Assembly: GCA_028716165.1 (NCBI GenBank)
Contig: JAQUQI010000001.1
Coordinates: forward strand, 126,538 to 190,537
Length of the DNA: 64,000 bases
Origin: Candidatus Omnitrophota bacterium
GTDB lineage: Bacteria; Omnitrophota; Gorgyraeia; JABMRG01
Direction of reading: 5' to 3'
Part shown: positions 17,920 through 26,260 of the stretch, piece by piece
Layout: every line of letters starts with the position of its first letter
How positions within the stretch are numbered: the first letter of the stretch is position 1
Translations under genes and position numbers: made by a program
The notes under the pieces: generated by a model
What the model saw: the letters and a program-made list of their open reading frames with translations, nothing else
What the model was told of the DNA's origin: nothing
Databases searched by the model: none

Positions 17920-18390
17920 CTACCTCTTAATACAGGTATTGCACAAACCGTAAAACTGGATCAAATGATTCGTGATCTTAAAATCATATTTTTGTGACAG
18001 GCCTTTTTCTGTTTGATTAAGCAACTCAACCTCCTCATCGATAAAATCGGTATAATTGATAACACGGTTGCATTGCGTGCATATCAAATGATGATGGTGA
18101 TGACTGCCCTTAGGCCCCTCTGCTAACTCATATCGCGCTCTTTTATCGCCAAAATCGAACTTAAAAACCAGGCCTAATCCAGCTAAAACCTCCAATGTCC
18201 TATATATCGTAGCCAATCCAATGCTGGGACATTTAGGATGCGCTTCCATATAAATATCTTCCGCGCTTAAATGTTTATCTGATTTGGAAAGCACTGCCAA
18301 TATAGCTTCCCTGCCGGGCGTTATTCTATAACCACACCCTCTAAATTTGCCATGCCACCATGGCGCACCAGCACAATTTCTTCTTGGCAT
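17920..18390 (-). CDS. fur: Fur-family metal-responsive transcriptional regulator
   Basis: It has a winged-helix N-terminus, an HHHHH run and C-terminal CxxC...CxxC pairs (CTQC, CNTC). Confidence 0.85.
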   Translation of the reverse strand: MPRRNCAGAPWWHGKFRGCGYRITPGREAILAVLSKSDKHLSAEDIYMEAHPKCPSIGLATIYRTLEVLAGLGLVFKFDFGDKRARYELAEGPKGSHHHHHLICTQCNRVINYTDFIDEEVELLNQTEKGLSQKYDFKITNHLIQFYGLCNTCIKR

Positions 18391-18402
18391 ATTATATCCC
18401 TT

Positions 18403-18426
18403 GATAGTTGATAATGATTACCATTT
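18403..18426 (-). promoter_or_regulatory. Fur-box-like site immediately upstream of fur
   Basis: GATAGTTGATAATGATTACCATTT contains AATGGTAATCATTATC on the coding strand, one mismatch from the core of the 19-bp Fur consensus GATAATGATAATCATTATC. Confidence 0.45.
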
Positions 18427-18505
18427 ACAATAGTCTATTCTTCTTTGTGTTTTTTGTCAAGCATTTTTTTAACGATACCGTATTTATGCGCGTGAAAACT
18501 TTTTA

Positions 18506-18985
18506 TTAAAGTTTAGTACGCTTGGGGATTTTTCCGGTCTTGAAGTGTTTATCAATCCAGCCGCTTTTGACCTTATCCCGACTGTCGAAGTGTTTTACAT
18601 ATGGTTTGACATCCAGAAGCGGGGTACCGTCTAACATGTCAACCTCTGAAAAAACGATGGTGTCCCTCTTAACGCTTTTGATTTTGACGATCGAAAATCC
18701 TATATGGTTCGGCCTATGAGGACTGCGTATCGCGAATATTCCGTGTTCTGTATCTTCAAGAAACGGCCTGCCGGTAAGCCTCTCTTCTTTTGAGCGGTTA
18801 AAATGATAGATCAGAATAAGATGCGAAAACCCTTCGATATCCTTTAAGCCAGCTTTGTATTTACGAAACAATCTAATGGTACCAACAACTCCCCGCTTGA
18901 ACTTACCCTGAATGGGTATGCCTTTGGGTTCTTTATACGGTGTATTAATGATGCCTATCGGCTTGATTGTAATAGACTTTTTCAT
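18506..18985 (-). CDS. tsaA: tRNA (adenine37-N6)-methyltransferase TsaA/TrmO (YaeB family)
   Basis: GIFAIRSPHRPNHIGFSIVKI and GTPLLDVKPY are YaeB signatures. Confidence 0.85.
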   Translation of the reverse strand: MKKSITIKPIGIINTPYKEPKGIPIQGKFKRGVVGTIRLFRKYKAGLKDIEGFSHLILIYHFNRSKEERLTGRPFLEDTEHGIFAIRSPHRPNHIGFSIVKIKSVKRDTIVFSEVDMLDGTPLLDVKPYVKHFDSRDKVKSGWIDKHFKTGKIPKRTKL

Positions 18986-18986
18986 C

Positions 18987-19307
18987 TTAAAAAGTCACTA
19001 CCTTATCAGATTCTTTTACGATGTCGTACATATCCTTCATGGTAGAGATCGGGCACATCTCAAAGCCGTCTTGCCCTCTAGATTTAATACAACTCCCACA
19101 AGCGTAAATCTTCCCGCTAGACTGCATGAATTTTTCCGCCTGCTCAACGGTGTTAAATTTATCCGTACTGATCTTCTGATACTCAACTCCCTTGCCCATA
19201 AAGAAGATTTTGACCTCATCTTTCTGCCCAAGCGCGAAATTGGCGTAACGGATCGCGTTCCAGCAGGTTTCAGCGTCATTGCTTGAAATAACTATTCCGA
19301 TTTTCAC
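18987..19307 (-). CDS. DsrE/DsrF-like family protein
   Basis: It is 106 aa with a KIGIVISS N-terminus and a conserved Cys pair (YACGSC). GTG start with a GGGAGGGG ribosome-binding site. Confidence 0.55.
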   Translation of the reverse strand: MKIGIVISSNDAETCWNAIRYANFALGQKDEVKIFFMGKGVEYQKISTDKFNTVEQAEKFMQSSGKIYACGSCIKSRGQDGFEMCPISTMKDMYDIVKESDKVVTF

Positions 19308-19440
19308 TTAAACCCCTCCCTTCATTTTTATCCCTCCACCAGTGCCTCAGCGAAGCTCGCCATCGTGCGTCTATAAGGTGGCCATCGGCCATCCCATTGT
19401 CCGGATGCAAACTTTTTTTATATTCTTTCATTTTAATATC

Positions 19441-19922
19441 TTATGTTATTGGCCTTAGTGTCAAAATTGTAAAAAAACCGGATAATTCTTTTTTGAGGAT
19501 TTCATAAAATTGGTCTTTAGCCTTTTCTTCAATCCATGGTTTATGCCCGCAATTTTTTAGTAGAATAAAACAAAAATCTCTGATTACTCTGTTGAGAGGC
19601 TCCCTTACTCCATCGGGCGGATGAATATAGACCTTCAAAATAATAGAATTTAGGCTGTTGTTCCTGTCATGATTACCCTTAATGAAGATGAACTTGCCAT
19701 TCAGCCTCTCTTCAAATTGCCGAGACCTCTCTAGACCGCCCTCATTGCCCCTTTAAATATAAAATCACCGAGAAAAAAGACAGTATCCTCCGGCTTTACG
19801 CGCTCATTATGCTTGCGAATAATGGTCTCATTCATCCCCTCGGCCGGGTCAAACGGATGATTGTAGTACCTTATGATAAAGGCGCGCGTAAAGTGATAAT
19901 CCGATGTCCGCCAGTAGTTCAT
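19441..19922 (-). pseudogene. calcineurin-like metallophosphoesterase, disrupted by a frameshift near 19740
   Basis: The N-terminal ORF (...SDYHF...FFLGDFIFKG) stops at 19731. The family-typical continuation (...FIFIKGNHDRNNS...HPPDG...) is open in another frame from about 19745 and joins the 19441..19638 ORF. Confidence 0.55.
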
Positions 19923-19947
19923 ATTTTAATCCGGCTGATTCGTTCTT

Positions 19948-21279
19948 TTAGGTTTCGGCTATACCTTCTTCAGCCAAAAGCCATTTCCAGAGAGGCATGG
20001 TCTTCACGGTAAAGCCGTTCAGTTTCTCTTCGCCTTCCGCGTCCTCGGTGATGATTACCGCTTTATCAGTTTCCAATTCTTTCATCGCCTTCTGAAGGCT
20101 CCGCAGTTCACGTTTTTTTGTTTTCTCGTCTCGCATGTTCCAGCAAACCTGAATCAAACCCGTTACATTCAATCCGTCTTTGATAACAAAATCAACCTCA
20201 TGATGCTGAACGTCTTTCCAGTAAAATAATTCAACGCGCGGATTAACGATTTGTTTTCGTTTAAGAGCCATGAAAACAATATTTTCCGCTAACCGCCCGA
20301 TATTATCAGAAAACCTAAATCCTACTGAATTACATAATCCTGTATCAATCGCGTAAATCTTACGGGGACTTTTTTGTTGCTCCTTCACCTTGAACGAAAA
20401 CCTCTTAAGTTGAAATATAAGATAAACATCCTCAAGATAACTTGAAAATTTATCAATTGTATCCGACGTTATGTCAAGATGTTTTGCAATCGAAGTAAAA
20501 GTCATAAGATTTCCGGCATTGCTCAGATAATACTTGATTAACGCCTTCATTGCCTTGGTCTTCCTAACACGGAATCTTTTTATTAGATCCTTCGATACAA
20601 GGTCATCAAAATAATTCAATAAAACCTCTGTTTTTTTATCTGACAAGCTAACCTCAGGAAAAGATCCGTTCTCCATATATTTTCGGAAATGCCCCATTAT
20701 TTCAGTTTTTTTTCTGTCTACGTCAAGCGGTGCTTTAATTTCTATATTGTAAAACATTAAGTATTCTGTAAACGAAAGAGGAAAAACACAAAGATCGATA
20801 TGTCTCCCTGTTAATAATGTTCCAAGTTCACGGCTAAGCAAATGAGCGTTTGATCCAGATACAATGATTTTAGCTTTTTTAAGCTCATGCATCATACGCA
20901 CCCATTTTTCCCATTCATCGATTTCCTGAATCTCATCAAGAAAAATATACGGCGTATCAGTAGGAGACATGAACTCTCGATAAACGTCATATATTTGAAT
21001 CAATAATTTATTATCGAGCGTTAAGAATCTGGGATCGTCAAAATTGATAAAAAGTATGTTTTCCTTTTTTACGCCCTTATCCGCCAGAAGCCTTCCCATT
21101 TGGCGCATGATATATGACTTTCCTGCCCGCCTGGGACCGGTTATAGTTATTACTTGATTGGATCCTTTAATAAGCCCTTCCAATCTATCAATATAGGAAT
21201 TTCGCATAAGCCCTATATCTTTTTGACCAGCCCACTCATTCCAACTATCTAATATGTCGAATACCTCTTTTTTCTCCAT
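19948..21279 (-). CDS. AAA-superfamily ATPase with DUF4143 C-terminal domain (COG1373)
   Basis: It has the Walker A GPRRAGKS, a Walker B ILFINFDD/FLDEIQE and the usual C-terminal nuclease-like region. Length is 443 aa. Confidence 0.85.
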   Translation of the reverse strand: MEKKEVFDILDSWNEWAGQKDIGLMRNSYIDRLEGLIKGSNQVITITGPRRAGKSYIMRQMGRLLADKGVKKENILFINFDDPRFLTLDNKLLIQIYDVYREFMSPTDTPYIFLDEIQEIDEWEKWVRMMHELKKAKIIVSGSNAHLLSRELGTLLTGRHIDLCVFPLSFTEYLMFYNIEIKAPLDVDRKKTEIMGHFRKYMENGSFPEVSLSDKKTEVLLNYFDDLVSKDLIKRFRVRKTKAMKALIKYYLSNAGNLMTFTSIAKHLDITSDTIDKFSSYLEDVYLIFQLKRFSFKVKEQQKSPRKIYAIDTGLCNSVGFRFSDNIGRLAENIVFMALKRKQIVNPRVELFYWKDVQHHEVDFVIKDGLNVTGLIQVCWNMRDEKTKKRELRSLQKAMKELETDKAVIITEDAEGEEKLNGFTVKTMPLWKWLLAEEGIAET

Positions 21280-21390
21280 TAGAATTCCTCCTATTCGGCA
21301 TAATTATCTAATTTTGCCTATTACAATGTAAAATATACGTCAAAATTAGCATTTTGTCAATGCTTTTCTTTAGCGGAGCTATAAATCCCT

Positions 21391-21700
21391 AATGTTCACT
21401 AAGTAGTGAACATTAAATGTCCACTGTTTAGTGGACATTTCAAGGTAATGGACATTTAGCATGGTCCCAGCACCCCTCTTTCTCCAAATTTCAATATAAA
21501 CCTTTTATTTTATGGCATTTATATCAAGAATACAGGCAATTCTTGTCAGAAAAACTATATACTTTTTCTGACAGGTTGTCGCAAATAGTGCATACATTTT
21601 GCGACAAGAGATAGCTGGCTAAATGTCCACCGGCCGGGAATGTCCACTATTTATGAGACATTTCGATTTGGTGGACATTTACATGTCCATCAATGTCCAT
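21391..21700. repeat. non-coding array of AATGTYCAC / GTGGACATT palindromes and half-sites plus two further perfect inverted repeats
   Basis: There are two perfect palindromes at 21391-21414 (AATGTTCAC-N6-GTGAACATT) and 21415-21440 (AATGTCCAC-N6-GTGGACATT), and two further perfect inverted repeats at 21544-21573 and 21577-21608. Six more half-sites lie between 21621 and 21700. Confidence 0.6.
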
Positions 21701-21968
21701 CAAAAGGCCTTTTTTGGCTCTCCCGGACGCCTTCAGGATACCCCTAAATCGCCTGCTCACCCCATTAGAAATACCCCCTCAATCCTTAACATCAATTTCT
21801 AACGGGGCAAAACCGACACTCCCTTCCAGGGACACTAAATAAATCAAGCTATAGGCGATAGGCTATACACGAGGCCATAGGCTATAGGATTTGTCCCTAT
21901 CGCCTACTCTCCCTCAACCGCCGCGGCAAGCTCGGTCACAGTGTAAAGACGCTCCGCGATACAGCTTT

Positions 21969-23030
21969 CTATTTTTTCCGTTGTTTTTGAGGGCAAGCTT
22001 CTGCCGCTTGTTCCAAGAAATAATTCAATGTATTTTCCAAAGATACTGCAAGCTTCACGGAAGGCTGCCAGCCTAAAAAACGGCGGGCATTGTTGATGCA
22101 GGGTTTTCTGTGCAAAACGTCTTGATACCCTTCTCCATAAAATGTGCCGCCTACTACATACTTCAGGCCGGCAAACTTAGGGAACATATCGCGCAAAGGA
22201 TGAGATTTGAATTTTTTAACGAGCATTTGAGCCAGTTCTTTGATGGTGAACTCATTATCTGGATTGCCGATATTGAATATTTTGCCTGCGCAAACATTGT
22301 TCTTGTTTTCTATTATCCCGCGCAAACATGCTATACCATCAGATATATCGGTAAAACATCTTTTCTGCCTTCCGCCGTCAACGAGCAAAATGGGCTTTCC
22401 TTCCACAAGGCTTAAGATAAGTTGAGTAACTACGCGTGAACTTTTTTTTCGCGCGGACTCCAACCCGTCTAATCGCGGGCCTATCCAGTTAAACGGCCGG
22501 AAAAGCGTGAAGTTGAGCTTGCCCTGCTTCCCATAGGCCCAAATAACCCTATCCAAAAGTTGTTTACTGCATGAATATATCCAGCGCTGCATCCTGGTTG
22601 GCCCAAGCACGAATTCCGAATTGTCTTCGTCAAATTCATCATCTTTGCACATGCCATAAACCTCTGATGTTGAAGGAAAAACAAGCCGTTTTTTATACTT
22701 GGCACAATACCGCACAATCTTAAGGTTTTCCTCAAAATCAATCTCAAAAACCGAAAGAGGCCTACGCACATATTCTATTGGAGTAACTAATGCCGCGAGA
22801 GGTATAATTATGTCGCTGGCAGAAACCTCTTTTTCTACCCATCGCTGTTTTACCCTTATGTCCGCCTGCTTAAAATGAAACCGCTTGTACGCACAAAGCC
22901 TATCTATGTTAAAGGAATTCACATCAATTCCCGAAATTTCGTTATCGCTCGTGCGCAGGATATTTTCAGCCAGCTCATTACCTATAAAACCGTTTACCCC
23001 GATAATAAAGATCTTCTTTCTCTTTCGCAC
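21969..23030 (-). CDS. NAD-dependent sugar-nucleotide oxidative decarboxylase, ArnA C-terminal-domain-like (UDP-glucuronate decarboxylating)
   Basis: It has a GVNGFIG Rossmann fold, and [11 protein letters not shown]...[31 protein letters not shown] closely matches ArnA_C. Confidence 0.8.
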   Translation of the reverse strand: MRKRKKIFIIGVNGFIGNELAENILRTSDNEISGIDVNSFNIDRLCAYKRFHFKQADIRVKQRWVEKEVSASDIIIPLAALVTPIEYVRRPLSVFEIDFEENLKIVRYCAKYKKRLVFPSTSEVYGMCKDDEFDEDNSEFVLGPTRMQRWIYSCSKQLLDRVIWAYGKQGKLNFTLFRPFNWIGPRLDGLESARKKSSRVVTQLILSLVEGKPILLVDGGRQKRCFTDISDGIACLRGIIENKNNVCAGKIFNIGNPDNEFTIKELAQMLVKKFKSHPLRDMFPKFAGLKYVVGGTFYGEGYQDVLHRKPCINNARRFLGWQPSVKLAVSLENTLNYFLEQAAEACPQKQRKK

Positions 23031-23033
23031 TTT

Positions 23034-23360
23034 TTACCCCCTCGCGTAATATTTATCATTTTTTACAGAAGGTATTTTTATGATGACTGTAACCGCGTCC
23101 CTTAGAACCTTATAATCGGCCATCTCATTAGGCCCGGCCACGATTATATCCCCTTTTCCATACTCTTTGTTATTGATGCGCACTAGGCCCTTAATTACCA
23201 CGGTTATTTCGGCAGCAACTTTATGGTAATGCCTCTTCGTATAATCACCGGCCTTTTCAATTTTTACCGCCGCCTCAAATTCCTTCGTCCTGTAAACCGC
23301 GCGCGGAAAATCACCGGCAAACCATCCCCTTATCATTTTGTCTAATTTGAATTTTCTCAT
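23034..23360 (-). CDS. cupin-fold protein
   Basis: It is 108 aa with the cupin motif spacing (HYHKVAAEITVVIKG...GDII). Confidence 0.55.
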   Translation of the reverse strand: MRKFKLDKMIRGWFAGDFPRAVYRTKEFEAAVKIEKAGDYTKRHYHKVAAEITVVIKGLVRINNKEYGKGDIIVAGPNEMADYKVLRDAVTVIIKIPSVKNDKYYARG

Positions 23361-23376
23361 ATTCCGCCCCAGTCAT

Positions 23377-24273
23377 CTAATGCCTGTGATAATGGCCGAT
23401 TTGTACAGTCCCAAGGTATATCCCGCCGATAACCGCTATAACCCCAAAGATCTCTATAGGCGGCGTATGGCGGGCAAAAAATATAATATCCCAGACAAAA
23501 GCCAGCACAGGCTGTAAGATCAGGATCAGGCCAACCTGCATAGGCGATATTCTGGAAAGACCCACCGCAATGAATACCCATGCCAAAACCTGCGGTATAA
23601 TGCCATAACCTAACAGAGCCAGCCGGCTCTGAGTATCGGGAATAGCGAAGCTTTCTCCGGAATAAAGAGCTGCAGCCCCCATTATTAACATATTTGTGAT
23701 CGTTATCATAGTAAGAGTCGCTAAGTTATTGACCGAGAATGCCCCCTCGTTAAACACTATCTTACGCAAAATAAGAAGATACGCGGCATAACAGATCGCT
23801 GTAATCAACCCAAAGAATATCCCAATTTTATGATGATCCCCTAATGTATGCCAATCCACCCCAAAAATCATAAAAAGCCCAGCGATAGCTACGCTTACCG
23901 CAACTGCCAGTTTTGGTGTTATACGTTCTTTCAATAGAAAAATACTAAAACCCGCCAGAAAAAACACCTGCAAACTGGATAAAAGTGTTGCCAGCCCGGG
24001 GCCTACATATAAGATGCTTCTATGCCATAAAATAAGGTCAATACTAAAAATACTCCCGCATGACAATACCAGTAAAAAATGTTTAGACCCTTGCCATAAT
24101 CGGCCTTTCATTGCTTTTGTGATGGCAAACAGAAAAACGCCCCCAAAAAGCATCCTGTAAAAACCTATCGCTGTCGGATCCACATTAGCAAGCCTGACAA
24201 ATACTGAAGAAAAACTTATCATGACGGCGCCTATGGCCACGCATAATATACCTATATTACGCCTATTCATCAT
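23377..24273 (-). CDS. EamA-family (DMT superfamily) transporter
   Basis: It is 298 aa with about 10 predicted transmembrane helices and duplicated EamA-like halves. Confidence 0.7.
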   Translation of the reverse strand: MMNRRNIGILCVAIGAVMISFSSVFVRLANVDPTAIGFYRMLFGGVFLFAITKAMKGRLWQGSKHFLLVLSCGSIFSIDLILWHRSILYVGPGLATLLSSLQVFFLAGFSIFLLKERITPKLAVAVSVAIAGLFMIFGVDWHTLGDHHKIGIFFGLITAICYAAYLLILRKIVFNEGAFSVNNLATLTMITITNMLIMGAAALYSGESFAIPDTQSRLALLGYGIIPQVLAWVFIAVGLSRISPMQVGLILILQPVLAFVWDIIFFARHTPPIEIFGVIAVIGGIYLGTVQIGHYHRH

Positions 24274-24538
24274 ACCGCTTGTTATCTCTTTCTGGCAATA
24301 GCAGGCCTTTTACATAACTGCTTTTTTTAAGCGTCTTTTGGCTTATCTTGGTCTTTCCTTCAATGGCTAAACTTTTCTATGTATCTTTATTGCCTTACGC
24401 AACCGCCTGCCCGAGACTAAAAACAGTCATCAGGGCAAATGCGGCCGCTAAAACGCCTCGCGATAAAAAACAATTGCCATTAAAAACCTTAAAAGAATTT
24501 ATATTTGCCCGTTTGTCTTTTTCGCTTTGGTGAGAGTA

Positions 24539-25174
24539 TTATTTACAATGCCCACATTTAATAGCGGTATTCTTATCCCGGACAAACAATAAAGGAAAAA
24601 CAATATCGCTAAAACAGCATGGTAGCCATACCGCCAGGAATAAAAATATAAATATACCCAGATACGGCACAGCGTGGCCATGGTCCGCGGCCATCAGCAT
24701 ATGAAAAAGCGATGCCCATGTGCTGACAAGCACATGCCCCGCGTGTGGAAACTTTGTTATTGGTTTAAAATAAGCAAAAACAATCGCCGCTGCCGCAAGC
24801 GGATTGATAAGCCACCATTTCTCAATAAAGCCGATATGCTCATGACGGTACGGCATACGAAGCAATGTTTCACCCCAAAAAGGTATCAGCGAATCGCTCA
24901 ATGTCCCGATGCTCACCGAACCGATATAGCCGACAGCCAAAACCTTTAAGAACAACTTTATGCCCCGATTCGCGCCGGCAAGATATCTCTTATACAAGGC
25001 GGCTGTCACGATAGCGCTTAAACAAATGTGAAGCGGATGGAACACATAAAACAGGCTATGCGCTGTTTCGTGCGGCATATTACGAAACAATAGCATTAAA
25101 ACTATACCGGTAGACGCGCCAAAAAGCGTAAACGGCGCGTGCTCTTTTAGTTCATGAATTATTTTAAGAAACAT
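24539..25174 (-). CDS. His-rich polytopic membrane protein of unknown function (paralog of 1444..2106)
   Basis: It has the same HPLH / FIEKWWLINPLA / KFPHAGHVLVSTWASLFHM motifs, and a C-terminus CGHCK. Confidence 0.55.
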   Translation of the reverse strand: MFLKIIHELKEHAPFTLFGASTGIVLMLLFRNMPHETAHSLFYVFHPLHICLSAIVTAALYKRYLAGANRGIKLFLKVLAVGYIGSVSIGTLSDSLIPFWGETLLRMPYRHEHIGFIEKWWLINPLAAAAIVFAYFKPITKFPHAGHVLVSTWASLFHMLMAADHGHAVPYLGIFIFLFLAVWLPCCFSDIVFPLLFVRDKNTAIKCGHCK

Positions 25175-25198
25175 TCTACTCTCCTTGCTGTCTATTTT

Positions 25199-26059
25199 TT
25201 ATTTTTCGCTTAAAGCGTATTCTACCGCGGCCTGCGCGTGTATAGCGGTTGAATCAAAAATCGGCACGCTTATATCTTCCTGTTTGATTAATAGCGGTAT
25301 TTCGGTACAGCCAAGTATGATCCCCTGCACGCCTTCTTCTTTTATAAGGCGGGTTATTATATTAAGGTATCCGGCCTTTGATTCTTTATAAAATTTACCC
25401 GCGCACAATTCGTCAAAGATAACGTTATTTATATAATCCCGCTCACCGGCTTCCGGAATTACCACATTAAGGCCGTATTTTTCAAGGCGCTTTTGATAGA
25501 AACCCTGTTCCATGGTATATTTAGTCCCCAAAAGCGCGACAGTCTTTATCCCGCAAGCCTCTACCGCCTTACTAACAGCGTCGGCAATATGCAAAACAGG
25601 GATTTTGACCTTTGTCTCAATAATATCAGAGGTTGAATTCATCGTGTTAGAACATATTATTATGAAATCCGCTCCCCCTCGTTTGAGCCTTTCAGCGGCA
25701 TCAATCATAGTTGCCCTTAACGGGGCCCAGTCACCCTTGGCTGCCAAACGCTCTTGTTTTGAAAATTCTCCGAATTCTATGGAAAACATCAAAATTTTAG
25801 CGGAATGCAGACCTCCGAGCCTGTCCATGACCATCTGGTTCATCAAGCGGTAATATTCAACCGATGACACCCAGCTTACGCCGCCAATCACGCCGATTGT
25901 TTTCATTTCATGCTTATCCGGGCCGGCTGTATCCTGTAAATCTAAATTCCGCGTATCTTTGCCTGATAAATCCGAGGCATAAGATGCCGGGCAAAGGCCC
26001 ATCATAAAAACCGTCAAAAATAATATCAAAACGTAATTCTTTTTCCATCCTGTCTTCAT
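25199..26059 (-). CDS. aspartate/glutamate racemase-family protein with signal peptide
   Basis: The two racemase Cys-containing motifs are present (IIICSNTMN and GIILGCTEIPLL). Confidence 0.8.
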   Translation of the reverse strand: MKTGWKKNYVLILFLTVFMMGLCPASYASDLSGKDTRNLDLQDTAGPDKHEMKTIGVIGGVSWVSSVEYYRLMNQMVMDRLGGLHSAKILMFSIEFGEFSKQERLAAKGDWAPLRATMIDAAERLKRGGADFIIICSNTMNSTSDIIETKVKIPVLHIADAVSKAVEACGIKTVALLGTKYTMEQGFYQKRLEKYGLNVVIPEAGERDYINNVIFDELCAGKFYKESKAGYLNIITRLIKEEGVQGIILGCTEIPLLIKQEDISVPIFDSTAIHAQAAVEYALSEK

Positions 26060-26260
26060 ATCCCTATCCTCATTATAAATGGCGGCAATTTAAGCTATGC
26101 CGCGGCGGGGAAACTATCCCCAATTTTACCGGCCGCGATAAGAATCCCAGAACGATATCCGCGGACAAGGCCGGGTTTTTCATCCGTAGGCTCGTTTGCA
26201 ATTTCCACAAGACGTTTTTTTGTTTGTATTGATAACCGGTTGAGAAATAATATTTCGCGC

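Noticed and set aside
21391-21700. CRISPR array as an explanation for the repeated motif region
   Set aside because: The repeats are short palindromes and half-sites in both orientations with irregular spacing. There are no regularly spaced direct repeats, and no cas genes are in the window.
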